Below are positions 51,102-64,000 of a DNA stretch of 64,000 nt, piece after piece. Every line of letters starts with the position of its first letter. The stretch's first letter is position 1. The position numbers were made by a program, and so were the translations under genes. Source of the DNA: Phoronis australis (taxonomy: Eukaryota; Animalia; Phoronida); contig NMRA01000539.1 in assembly GCA_002633005.1 (NCBI GenBank), forward strand, positions 186,001 through 250,000, written 5' to 3'. The notes under the pieces are model-generated. The model ran no database searches. It had not been told where the DNA came from and saw only the letters and a program-made list of their open reading frames with translations.

Positions 51102-53167
51102 TTTACCGTTTTACTTATACTCCACTCAGAAGATACTTTTTAACAAATACAGCGAAACGCCATGTTACACAAGGAACCTTATCGCTATAGCAAGTACGTT
51201 TAAGTTCTTAACACTCTCATATGTACGGTAAAAGACAGGCGTTTTACACTGTCCTTGTCCTAACTGATACAAGTGGAACCAGAACTACCGAAGACCGTTT
51301 ATTTACTTACTAAAGGATTGCTTTTTTACATGTTTAAGAAGATGATTTGCATTAAAATTCGACACCGATTGCACGATGCTCGTGTGGACTTGTCTGGCTC
51401 GTCTTCGTTATTTGTAAAATGTAAATATTTATTTCTCTCAAAAATCCTGGTATTTCCGTTTCTGTGAGGTCTTCAACTAAGCATAAAATTTATTCCCTGT
51501 GAGCCTAGTCAAAAGACGTACCAAATGTGTAGGAGTTTAATGTATTGCGTTGAGGTTGTCCGGCTTGCCAAACGTTGTCTGATGCTATTTCAAAAAATGT
51601 TGAGGGTATTATGGTCATGCAAACTTGATTCAGCAGCTGATTCCACCAAAAAATCTCTTCTTTCAAATTGCTACGCATTGGCAATTAAATGGCTTCGAAA
51701 TTTTAACCTTGTTACTCGGAAACTGAGAGTTGTTCGATTAAACTTTTGACTGACTGGTTTGCTTTAAAATTTCAAAAATCTTCAATTTGTTACGAAAAAT
51801 AAATTGGAAAGAGTGCCCCAACTGAACTTGTCTTGACTTTAATTAGCTTTCTCTTTAGCCTATACGTCGTTTTATGCCCCCCATTCACCGTCAGTTGAAA
51901 CATATTCCCGGGCGTTCTGTGTCCACTGTCGGTAAACCGTTGGCTGGGTGGTTCTCAACCACAACATGTGTGGAATCGTTCAAACCTAATGGAATCCATA
52001 GTGTTCATAACAGTGGTCGCTTTATCAGCTCTCGGTTCTAAACACGTGAGCATAGGCAGGGCGGTTACTGTCAGGCACAAGATATTTTCAGGCAGGCTAC
52101 AGCGTTCAAGAAAACCTGGGTTGAAAAAAGAAATCATCCTCGAACGGATATGGGCGAGGATTCATAAACACAGATCAGCAGTAATTATAAATCATTTTGT
52201 GTTTAACAGTTTCCTAAATCATCGAGCAAACGACCTTCGCTTCCCACAATCCTGTGTATACACTTTTGCTTATCATGGTACAAATGCCCTGTAGTACCGG
52301 AAGAGACTGGTGTAGGCCAACACACATTAATTTCTGTATTCGTTAATGATACCTAAGATATGAAGGTGGTTAGGATTTTACTGAATTCGCCATCAACAAT
52401 ATGGAAATCAATTTTCATGTGGCTATCTCACTACTCAGTAAATGAAATGTGGGCCCGAAGTTTCCTTTACCCCTATAGTAATAGGCAATTCACGATTGCT
52501 TCAGACATTGAAGACAAAGGTAATTAAACAGCTCGAACTTGTAGTGAAACATGGCTTTTTTGGACATTTTGTAAATTTTGAACAAGTAAACAAGCAAGCT
52601 ACCGTGACAATGAATAATCCAACCGCCAACAAATCTACGTCCTTTAGTTGATAATAGTTACCAATCCGCGAAATATCCACCGTAATAGTTAAAAATAACT
52701 TTAAAAGTTAAAATGCTTTAGTGGTTGCATTTTATAAAATACTCCAAGTACGAGAACAGTCTTGTTTTAATTATCGACTTGAGTGTGTTAGTGTGTTAGG
52801 AATTAAGCACGAATTGTTTAGCCGAGTTTTTCTGATTAGCTAACACCCTCGACGGTCGATGCCCTAACAAAGATACTATCTTTGGCCCTAACTCCCTGGC
52901 AAGACCGGGTAACTCCGTTGAGTAAACATCAACGATACCAGGTCAAAGATACTATATAGGTACTATAGGTAACTGTAAAATCTTTGAGCACGTGTTCACG
53001 AGAATGTACACTGAGGGACGTCATTATAAATCAACTCAGTTTATCTTTTCGGAAAATCGGCGTTGCGGGTGTAAATTTTTAAGACCACAGACTATACACA
53101 AAATTGTTTTGATGTTTTAGGTTTTGGCCGTTTGCGTGCAAAATGGCGTTCCACTCCCCATAACTTA

Positions 53168-53186
53168 AACACACTCACACACACAC

Positions 53187-53231
<45 letters not shown>

Positions 53232-53257
53232 CACACACACGCACACACACACACACA
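53168..53257. repeat. (CA)n/(CACG)n microsatellite
   Basis: Visible repeat; explains the THAR/VRAC ORFs. Confidence 0.95.
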
Positions 53258-54289
53258 GGGCAGAGGCTGCAGCGGCGTCGACAACAGGAAGACGTTTTAT
53301 TGATAGTTATAATAGCCTTGTACTGAAAAAATATTCTTAGGGTAAAGGCGCCCAGAAGGTGTTTTACCACAAACTTGTTTACAACTCGAACACTCAAATC
53401 ATTGTGACCTCAAACCAGCTTTTGAGGACACCGATGGATAACACAATCATCCAAATGTTTTCCCTTCGTGGTATCAGTTGGTTAGGAACATCAAAGGAGG
53501 CGGTGACGAGAACAACAATAGTTACGAACTATGTGGAAATGAATAAGCAAACACGCGTAAACAAAGACATTATTTAACTGACCAATAAATGGAAGGGTTC
53601 ATGCCAGACTTCAATGAACACTGAATACAGCATCCATGGTAATTGAAACTGTGACTCGTAGAATTGAAGTGATTGTAAAAAGTGAAATGGAAACGTGCTG
53701 TCAACAGTATAGTGTCTTCACCAACTGAATTCTTTGGCTTGACGAACGCAACTCAGATTATAAGAAAATCTACCGAAGCTTAAGTTAAAAAAATAATCAA
53801 TTCCTCTTCTTTAATTGTCTTCAAGTTCCCAGAGTTATTCCGTCGAATTTTAACAGTCTCCAAGTAGCGGATTTCCTAGTTAATGGAAAATGTCGTGGAA
53901 TTTCCGAACAACGAGGGCTCAGCATTTGAATTGCGTAACGACAGGCCAATAACCTTTGTCCATGCTTCTGAAATGTCTCTCGGTAAATGTAAATATGACA
54001 GTTTTCCCGTCAATTTGGTGGGGTGAGGTGCTTGTTTCCACAGAGCTACTGTGACACGTTCACGTCTCGTCTGCGTGAAACAAGTGAATAGACACTTTTA
54101 CTTGTGCAAATCTTGTCATTGTCAAAATTTTATACCTTTTTGGAAGGTTATGAAGCACGGGAAAACAATGAACTCATCCTATGCTACTGTCCTGAAGAGC
54201 AAAAATTAATACAATTGAATTTTTTTAGCGAAATTGTTCTTGTAATCGCAACAAGTTTTAATGAATGTTAATGCCATAGCAAGCTAAAT

Positions 54290-55240
54290 AATGACACAGA
54301 GAATACCTTGTTCTAGCTTTAGAGACAACCCTGTTCCGTTTAAGAATTTGGAAATGTCAATTAATAATTCATTTTACACTGAAGTGCTTAAGAGCTTAGA
54401 GCCTTTGAATATAGAAGTTTTTAAGAATATTCCTACTATCAAACAGCTCTTGTGGAATAGTCAGAACATTTTAGTTAGTTATTTTCTAGATAATGAAGAT
54501 AGAATTCTTGGCTGGGATTTGATCAAAATTAAAAAACAATCTCAAGAACTTTTGTATGTTGCAATACAAAGTGGTTGTTAGTGCATTAAGGAAGCATCTT
54601 GGCGAATTAGAAGCAAGATCTTTTGGTTGTAACAACTTTCATTTTATTAATTATAATAGTTGTAGTAAAGATTGGTTTAAAATTCTACTATATTATATAC
54701 TTTTGCACAGAAACCCATGTGCCATTAAGTAAATATTATAAGGAAAATGAAACCAGAGAAATTTATTTTTCACCTTTTTAGCCTTCTCATAAATCCTGAA
54801 TTAAAGAACTTCAGATACCTCTTTACCCATAGCAGAATATTTACAAATATCACTCTATACAAAATAGGGGTGGTCCAAACTGATAAGTGCCCCTATTGTG
54901 ATGAGTTACAGACTTTACTTCATACGTTTTATTATTGCACCTGTGTCAGGACTTTTGGAAATCAATGCATGCTCTCATAATTAAAGCGCTAAATACTCAA
55001 TACATGTTTACGATTTGGGACATATTAGATTTTGTTCAAAACTCTAATCCAAATCACAAATTAATTTGCAATACCATTAACACAATTGCTCTTTACTTCA
55101 TTTATCAGACAACAGAATTAGAAAAGCCTCTCCTTTTTATGATTTCAAGTTGAAGTTACAAACTTTTATAAACACAATTTTAACTGATACCTCGGACACA
55201 AATGTGGATAAATGGAGAGGTCTGCACACATGCTTTTAAT
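54290..55240 (+). mobile_element. Degenerate 3' end of an L1/Tx1-type LINE ORF2 (zf-RVT region)
   Basis: Fragments QLLWNSQNI and ELKNFRYLFTHSRIFTNITLYKIGVVQTDKCPYCDELQTLLHTFYYC..V..FW (CxxC..H...C zinc knuckle), broken by frameshifts. Confidence 0.8.
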
Positions 55241-56177
55241 TATTATTCTATAAATGATTAAAGTTCTACTGTTAATATCATTTTTATTTATATGTATGTT
55301 TGTATGTACTTATATAGCACCTAATTACACCAGACATCATATCAGCACAGCCTGAGTGTGTGTATGAATGGCGCGTGAAAGTTCTTCCCCCGTTCCCCTT
55401 TCCCTTTTCAGTTGCATTTTGTTGCCTTATATATTGATTGGTTAATATTATATACTTTTGTTAAAGCCGGATCTGAGGCGCGCAACCGCAGACTGGCTTT
55501 GCATTATTGGCTGGGCAATAAATGTATGAAAAAGATATTCCAAGAAATTGCCGAGTTTCTATGTTAATGTATTTAGATGCATTTTACAGTCTGCGCTGTA
55601 GCTGTGTAAACCATCAAGTGTCGTATCCGTTGTGATTGGTGAGACTGAAATACATTCAATTGTTGACTACTGCAATTTGCTGTTTTGTGCTGGCCAAAAA
55701 TATTCCTTTTCATACAAATTTTGCAATATTCATTTGCGAAACAATTGACCAGTAGTCAAATGAGTCAAGTGAATTTGTGCTTTCGATTTTCATCAACCTT
55801 TTTAGTTAAAAAATGATGCAATTAAAGGGCGTTTACTTACAGATAGTATATAGCTTCCTTAAATAGAGAGATTTATAGCATAATTTTCTCCAAGCGCCTT
55901 TTCGCGGGAACCATTAATGTTGGACAAATGCTTCTAAGACTATAACTTGCTGGAAAATGCCGAATATTTAGATCTATGGTTAAAATTTTGAAACTCCACG
56001 TACTGGTTCAAAGTCGAAAGACACTCGCAATCCATTTGCCAAGTCAAAAACATTTGAGTTTGGAAAGGGAAATGGTTGATTCAGTCCTTTTGAAAGTAAT
56101 TCAGATATAGAAAGCCATCCCTGCCTGTTACGGCAAATGATTCACTTGCACAGTTCTTACTTTGTTCGTTATTTCAG

Positions 56178-59100
56178 GATTTTTCGTTTTGAAGACGAGT
56201 GACGTAATAAATGCTGTGGTAGTTGCCGTGGATTCTGAAACGGTGACGGAAGGGGGAAACGTAACCCTATCGTGTAGATACAACCTGACCACGAAAACTG
56301 ACAACGGGACGACAAGGTATGAGCTCGAAAATGTGGAATGGTATGTCGTTCGTCCCGGCAGTGATTACAAAAGGAGGATATTTAAAAAGGATCTCAATCG
56401 ACAACCCCGAGTGGAGTACCCGTACAAGGGAAGGATACAATACGTTGGCTCTGATGACCATGATGGATCGATTGTTTTGTCAGAAGTGACCTTACAAGAC
56501 GAGGGAAGATATGTATGTGAGGTTTATGTTGTCTTGGACAGTCGGACGGGGCAGGGTTCGTCCAACGCGACTACCGTTACTGTGCAAGGTATGCCAAAGT
56601 TCAGCTCAAATGTAAAAGTCCTGGGGATGGGGCGCTGGTTGGGGGTGAGGGTGAGGATGGATCGCTCATGAATAGGAGGGATCGGATGGGAAGTGTCGCC
56701 AACTTGGGTGGGGATATTTTGCTCTAACAACTATCATGCTGGATATCTATTTTGCTCTGACGAGTGGTTTGCCTTCATGTATGTGTTTGACTTAGGGATA
56801 CATTCTGCACTAGAATGAGTAATCTAAAAAGTGGCAACTTATCCAANNNNNNNNNNGTCTGCAGAAGTCTCGCGTGCCCATTGTTCGGGTTGATCTAGAT
56901 TGTGAATGAACGGCAGCTCCCTGGCCCACCTATTACGTGAAAAGTGAAAACCCAAAGAAAATTGGAATCTAATTTCTTTACATTTCTTTCTCACACCTTT
57001 GGGTAATCATGCGCTGTCTTTGAGTGAGTCATGTCAGTATCATTCACAAGGCATTTACTAAAACGACTTTATTTTGACAGCTATTATTTTGTCAATGGAA
57101 ATATTGCGATGCAACACTGCACTACGTAGTAGTAAAAAGCGCTTTGGTTAACAATGTCAGAGTGGCCAAAATCCCAAATATTCGCTGAGGGTTATTAAAT
57201 ACGTCCTTTCTTTTGTTTTTATCACATTACAACAAAGAATAACGTTCACCAACAGATTGATATCACTAAAATATTATAAATACAACAAGTATTTGCCTCT
57301 TATTATCACCTTGTAGGTGAAGTTCCGCGTGCCATTTAGTAGGTGCACCACCAGGAGCGAACTTATTAAATTCTTTCTTTGCTTTGAAAAATTAATGTTA
57401 CGATGAAAGTAACAAACTATTATTAGTATTTTTGCAAAGAGGAAGCGAAGAATCAACCCCTGTGAAAGTAAGAAGCTAGACAAGTAAAAACACAGTTCTA
57501 GACTGGACACATGGCCTTGTGGCGAACCGTTATATAACAGGAAACTAGCTCTCGCGGAGGTATGTTCGGTTGATATATTTAACACAGGGAGTGAACAGAT
57601 GTGACGCCCGATTATGCCTAGGCTGGGTCTCGTCTGTTGTGAATGAGTGCATGACCTGTGCGAGTGACCTATAACAACACCGCGCCATCGGTGGAAAGTC
57701 TTGTGGTCAACATTTGCTCTGGTGTCAATTGCGATTGTTCGTAAAAATAACATTCTTTGCGTAAACAACTTTTTTGAAAATTCTGTGCCAAGATTTAAGA
57801 TTTAAGTTTTGAAATGCTTTTAATCATACATGATGGAGATTAGGCGAAAGAAACCAGTAAAATGATATTTTTAGGTCATCGGTCCAGGTCAAATTGTCGC
57901 AAACAAGAGAAACGTCTTTGGGTTCACACCCATGTCATAGGCGGAGGGAGTTCCAATGCGCACTTAAAATCCAGTCCTACGCAATACTAGTGGGGATGGA
58001 AAAATGAGCACCCGAGGCGATCATACCAAATGATAGAAAACTCAGTCACTCTCAGTTTTTAACAGACCAATTATTAAGTACACTAATAATTTACAGTAAT
58101 TTACAATAACTTTGTTTTTACAATCATGCATAATCTAGGTTGTTGCAAAGTGACTTGAAATCTTTATCATTACATACATAACAATAATAGTAATAGTGAT
58201 GGTAATAATGATGATGATGATGATGATAATAGTAATGATAATAGAAATAATAGAAATAAACGTGTGTGAGTTGGCTGGATCGTCACAATTCTGCTCCCCT
58301 TTTTTCGAGTTACCGCAGTCGGCGCAACACCCCCCCCCCTGTAGCCACAATTGTCGAGTTACCTCCCATCTGAGTTTCCGCAATTTTTTTCTACTTCCCG
58401 GAGTGAACAGTTGATACAAGTTCTTAGTATAACTTGGTATAATATTGATTTTCTCTTTTTATATAATTTGCTGTCAATGCGGTTTCTGGAATATTGTTGC
58501 CGTTTTTCAATTGTATTCTGGACTACTCAAGTTTTAGTGTTGAATTATCCATAGCTTTTATTCAAATCTAGGTGTGGGGGGTGCAACTGTCCCCCTGCCC
58601 CCGACTGTAGTACGCCCATGGGTCAAGCCTTAATTTTCCATAATTCAAAGCAAAAAGTCACACGTCTGCCCACCTGGATCTCGGCCATTTTTTCACATAC
58701 AGCGAGTCCGTAGGCTTAAACAGTTTCCAATTAAAAAGACTGTAGATATTCCATATCGTGATTTATCGAAACCAGTAAGTTTAACCGTGTGCTTGATTTT
58801 CTAGTGCCACCATCAACACCAATCATCGAAGGTTGCCCTATCTCTGTTTACGCCTCGGACACGATCAGCTTGTCCTGTTCAGCAGAACCCGGGAAACCCC
58901 AGGGAGAAATCACGTGGCACAAGCGACTAGCAGACGACACCCTGGTGACTTTGGGATCGGGCCATCAAGAATCCGTCGAAAGACTACGAAATGGAAAACA
59001 AAGGTTGACCAGTGTGTTTCGAACGAAAATTGAGATGACAGACGACAATTCCAGATTTATTTGCATGGTGAATAATTCAGCAGTGACTGGTGATCCACCA

Positions 59101-61605
59101 TCGGTCGTTACTCACTCCATCAAAGTTGTTGGTGAGTTTATGAAAACGTGGTGTCATATCGAGTGAGCTTATTATTAATGATCTTTAGAACGCAGTGCGA
59201 CGACGCAGTTACAGTAACACAGACAGGGAACCATTATAGGGTCGTCATTTATTTATTTTGTTGGAACACTTATCTCTGTTATACTCCAAACGCCGCAAAG
59301 AATATGCTAGGCTACTGACGTCATTGTTTGATTGCATTTGGCAACTTCTGCTACATTATAGCTTATAATAGTTTCCGAATTCGTTATTTTACTGAGAGTA
59401 TTGAAACTACTGATAAGGAACGTTGCGCTTATGTTTGGTGTGGGTTTCAAACAACCATCACATTGTTTCTGCAGAGCGTACTGACACCATTTCCACAACT
59501 GACGGCAGCAGCGCCGCAGAGTTTGACGAAGTGACAACCGAGTCTTCGGAGAGCTCCTCTGAATCTTTATTTAAGACACATTACAGACAAGAAAATCCTT
59601 CCTCGTCATTGCTGGCAGCAAGCACTCCTCCCACCACAACCGAAATGAAATCGACCACCAGAGAAAGGAGTCCGCCGATTCCTACAGAAGCGCCCAAGAA
59701 ACCTCCAATAATATCCACGTCAACAAATGCTTGCCAGGCGTTTAAACCGGGAATGAAAATCAAATTATATTGCCACGCCAATCTTGGACAAAACGCTGTG
59801 CTAGAGTGGAGAAAGGAATTGAGCTCCGGACGACACGTGGAGCTGAGAGGCCTTCGAGATGATTATTACCAAAATAGATATACGTCTGTAGTACTGGAGA
59901 AACCGAATCCGAAAAAATTGTCGCAAGTCATAAGTGTCCTCGAGGATGGCCTTACAACTGAAGACGAAAGATCACGCTACCACTGTGTAATAAAACGAGG
60001 CTCCCGGGAACTTAAGGACTCGTTCACGGTTCAGTTCCAAGGTAAACAAATAATTACAAGTGATTTTAATGCACCCATTAGCACAACAGCACAACGCTCC
60101 CGTAGTCCCCGAAATCGGCATGCCCACGGAGTTTTTTGATAGTGTCCTCAGACGGGAGGAGGACACCATGCTTGAAACGAGGTTTAACCAAAAATATAAC
60201 GAAGCACGGACCTGGAAACACGAAATATAGTGCAGTGGATACGAAGAATCGGCGACTTCTCGTTTTTTCGAATCCCCAAAACATTGGTTTTACATTTTCG
60301 TGCAGACTTCCATGATATTTTCGGGTCTGTATAACATATTCCTATGAAGTCAGATTCGAATTTCTTCACCGAGCGTGCTACACAGTACAGCGGCTGATCT
60401 AAGTTAGTTCAAGAAATTTAAACCTACCTCAGAAGGTGCGACTAAATGTGAGCCCCGCAGCTGAAATCTTAGTTCCGCCCTGGTAGTCAGCAGTTAAAAT
60501 CATTTATGCCTCGTAGATTTTTATCAGTAATCACACTCAATTGCAGTCATTATTTCACCAAAGTAAAGTCTCTGTTTTTTCTGTGTATGTGCGAATAACC
60601 TTGTTAATACCGCTTTTTTCATTGAAAAATATATCTTACTGGAGTCAGTTAGACAATGCATTCCCAGAATTGGAAACACATTCATTCGTCAACGAATTCA
60701 CCATTTATGTCTTCGGTGTTTGTTCACAGATCCGTGTAACTGCCCTGAGAGAGTACCGGAACCAAAAGAAAGTCCTACTACCATCAGTCGTAACGACATG
60801 GGAGCCATTATCGCCGCCATTGTTTTGGGTACTGTCCTGGTAGTACTTGTAATCACGTGCGTCCTTTTTGTAATGGTACGCCTGTACTACAGACGCCGAA
60901 CTGATGGGAAATTTCTGTTAGGTAATTCAAACAGTAAATACATTGTACATACTAATTTTGGTGTCGCCAATTTATGTTGTTATCGAGACTTAAACGTTGT
61001 TTTTCTCATTTTCTATGCCGCCTATGTTGATCTTTTGTAGCACTGTCATTGCCCAAGGACCCGAGAAACTTCGACGTATAGATACATTGAGAATTAAAAA
61101 GGGTATAGAACATAAGAAATTTCAATCTTTTAAAGCAATCTCTGCCACCAATAAATCCACAGATGTCATTGAAGTTATTGTAGTACTGACGTAGACAACA
61201 TTAGGCGTTATTTGTACGACTGTTTTTCTAGATTTACCCGTGCATCCTCGAACTGAACCAAGAGAAACGCAGCAACCACCTGTGACTCGTACCGAGCAGC
61301 AACTCAGTCAAGAAGGGAACGAAAGATACGTGCCACCGTCCCCAACCCACCATAACCAGCGGACGGCACCACAACAGAACGAAGAGCACGTCTACTTCGA
61401 AATTCAACATGGCGAAGTTTGTCCTAACGGGAATTGTAGCAATGGCGATGTTCCTGCCCAGTACACGACTATGAACGGTCCGACGCCAGGAGCGCAGTAT
61501 GAAGAACCAGTTTGCTGTTGCAAGAAAAATTGCAAACATAAGCGCAATGATTACTTTGTGCTAGAGGACGTAAACGGCAGCTGTAAGAAACAACGGAAAA
61601 AGTAA
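56178..61605 (+). CDS. Type I transmembrane Ig-superfamily receptor (IgV - IgC2 - Ser/Thr/Pro stalk - Ig - TM - Tyr-motif tail), ~620 aa plus an unplaced leader. Exons 56178-56588, 58805-59131, 59475-60041, 60730-60921, 61232-61605
   Basis: V-set motifs GGNVTLSC, VEWY, YKGRI, GSIVLSEVTLQDEGRYVCEV. C2-set ISLSCSAEPGKPQGEITW..DDNSRFIC. Third domain LYCHA..LEW..EDERSRYHC. TM GAIIAAIVLGTVLVVLVITCVLFVMV followed by RLYYRRR. All introns are phase 1 GT-AG. Confidence 0.9.
58180..58260. repeat. (ATG)n/(ATA)n microsatellite
   Basis: Visible trinucleotide runs; explains the poly-Ile/poly-Met ORFs. Confidence 0.9.
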
Positions 61606-64000
61606 AACGTAAAGGGTAAAGCTGCGACCACGGGTGTGCCAATCTATGACTCATGTCACCGCAACTGTCCATGATGCGAGGAATCGTGCCTTCTGCGACG
61701 GTTTGTGACTCTACAAAACTCAACGCAGTTGAACTAAATCTGTAATATCATTCAATCAAACAGCTATGTTTGTTGGTGTTACTTTAGTCTGGCATTGAGA
61801 TGAGTCGCATCGAGCAGTGTGCGACGTTCAGTCGTGATAAGAGATACACACAATTTGTGGACCTACGCGCAGGATGTCGCAAGAGCGGGGTTACCATCAT
61901 TTTCATAAAAACTAATCCCCAAGACAGCGAGCCCTCTACGGTGCTCCCTAAATCCGCCTAAACAAACCCTTTGAAATGATTCGCCCGGTGTCAAGTATCG
62001 AGCGACTGATTTCAGCTCTGTCTACACAGTCCGACGAGTTCAGTGTATGGAATTGTGTTACGACTTTGCTTACGTCAATCAGGGTTTGCAGAGAGCGGTT
62101 CAAAAGCCGTGAACAACTTCACTCGAGTCGGCCATAGATCGGAGCAAAATCGGACATCCTTCATTTCAAATGACCAGTCGCATACACGTTTTTAGCTCGA
62201 AAAGCTAAGTGGCCGGGAACACTTGTCTACTCACTATCATTGTATAATTATATATGTAAACAGGAATCGATTACAAAGTCGTGTACGACTAGTCGGAGTG
62301 AAAAGGTAGAAATTCAAATGTGCCATAAAATGAGTGTTGTCAAGGGTCTGATAACTGACATCCAATACACAAGGGGCGAACGAGAAGGCTTCCGTCGTTC
62401 GGGGATCCTTTGGGCATATAGTGCGGAGCGTGGCACCACCAGTAATATTTTGATTTGAAGCCGGACCGCACAATCAATAGTAATCTTATTCGAGTTTCAT
62501 TTCATACGTGTCTTGGGAGTTTAAATTTGAACAAAAGTAAAACGAAATTAAAAAGATATTTAATAATTTAACCTATTTTAGGGTTATGTAGAAAGGCCAA
62601 GTGTCTCCCGGATGGATACTTTATACAACCTTCCAATCTCCGCTCATTAGCATATAAGAAGGATGCTTGAGAGCCCTCTTGTCTATGTACATATTAGGAG
62701 GTCAAAGGTTTAATTTCGTTAAAGGTTTAATTTCGTTATGATGCTGCTGCAAGAAGTGAACGCAATCCACAAGTTGTAGTGACACCTGTGTTTTCAAATA
62801 TGCATAACCGGTGCTTTATTATCGCGGCTGCCTACAATTCTTCAGCACGTCTATTGTACAGTACGTTCGTTTCGTCTAAACACGCAAAAGTACAGGATTA
62901 TCACTCAAACATAAAAATCCCAAAAGATAAAGAAAATTCTTTCGTTTGGTGTTACGCAACGCTTACATAGGCGAAGTCCAAATGTTATCATTGATACCAA
63001 TACCTCTAGGCTACTTTGCCTTGGTTATAGACAAAAGAAGACCATCGCCATCGTTTTCCCTTTAACAGTGGTGTTGTTGGTGGGGGAAGGGTCTGTTCGA
63101 GGCGCCACCGCATGGAAGGGGGCAGCACAATGACCGGGAGAAGCAACATTTGGCTGCGACTGGTCGGGTGGCTAGCGGCTAAGGAATGGGTGACGCAAAA
63201 ATGTTGACACTGGACTGGACGGGAAAGGGGGCGGCATCGTTACGTTACGCCTCGGGCAGCGATAATCCTAGCCAAACAATGTGCATGCACGTTTTTACTA
63301 TACTGCTACACTCTGTGGTGCAGTATCGCTACTGTGTCTGGCAGGTCTGTCCACACTGGACTAACTGAAATCTTTTGAGAAGAAAAAAGGAGAGGGGTAT
63401 GTCTAGTAAGTTTACTTAGAACCTTAAATGATTCTCTGTTTCTGTGCTGGTGAGTAAAATACAGCCTGTGTCTCAACAAATGAATTTGTAAATATTAACT
63501 GTAAATAAACATGTGATATTATGCATTGCAACTACTTTTCATGATTAATTAAAAATACAAAATTACATTTACGAGTAACCAGTCGTCGTCATCACCATCA
63601 TCGACGGTGTCACGGGTTAAGAGGTATAGATTATAGGGACTGTGCAAACATTGTTACATTGTCGAGTTTGCTTTACCATGCTCAGTACATCAATCATTCG
63701 TGTCATGAACACAGGCAGCAAAACAAACAAGCAAACAACACTACAATCTGAGAAAGAATGTTTGGCACTCTTGACTAGTGCTTGGGTGAACTAATTGGAG
63801 TGTAATTGAACTGAATACGGCATTAGAATTTAGCTCTGGCTCTTTCGAATCCATTAGTATTCAATGGAAAGTCACTCTCCCGTGAAGAAATTTTAAAAAG
63901 CTTATCATTTTGGTTTCGTTACACAGAGGAAGGACTCAAATACTTTGATATGCAATACGAAGTCGTAAAATATTCGATTAAAAGAGCAGTACAAGTCTAA

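Noticed and set aside
53092-53397. THAR/VRAC repeat ORFs
   Set aside because: Microsatellite translation.
57274-57768. 164-aa minus-strand ORF inside an Ig-receptor intron
   Set aside because: Non-ATG start, no recognisable domain and non-coding-like composition.

Overview
Intron-rich animal (invertebrate-like) genomic DNA from a draft, apparently heterozygous assembly (N gaps, haplotype-like duplications). Four spliced genes can be built with GT-AG junctions and consistent phases. (1) The 3' ~400 codons of a lipase maturation factor 2 gene (LMF2, +, 9496-20560). (2) A complete nucleoporin NUP62 gene (-, 34383-22322), convergent with LMF2. (3) A two-exon MRPS21 gene (+, 37720-41444), divergent from NUP62. 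(4) A type I membrane Ig-superfamily receptor (+, 56178-61605; leader exon not placed). The most notable observations are a pair of tandemly duplicated, equal-length (116 nt), obligatorily mutually exclusive exons in LMF2; a second LMF-like C-terminal exon end at the window start, suggesting a duplicated 3' module or nested gene in a >9 kb LMF2 intron; an inverted Penelope-like retroelement remnant carrying a minimal hammerhead ribozyme just upstream of an LMF2 acceptor; and a NUP62 intronic minisatellite made from the exon end plus its splice donor. The MRPS21 intron is a stack of nested foldback/MITE transposons. All calls were made by eye without database searches.
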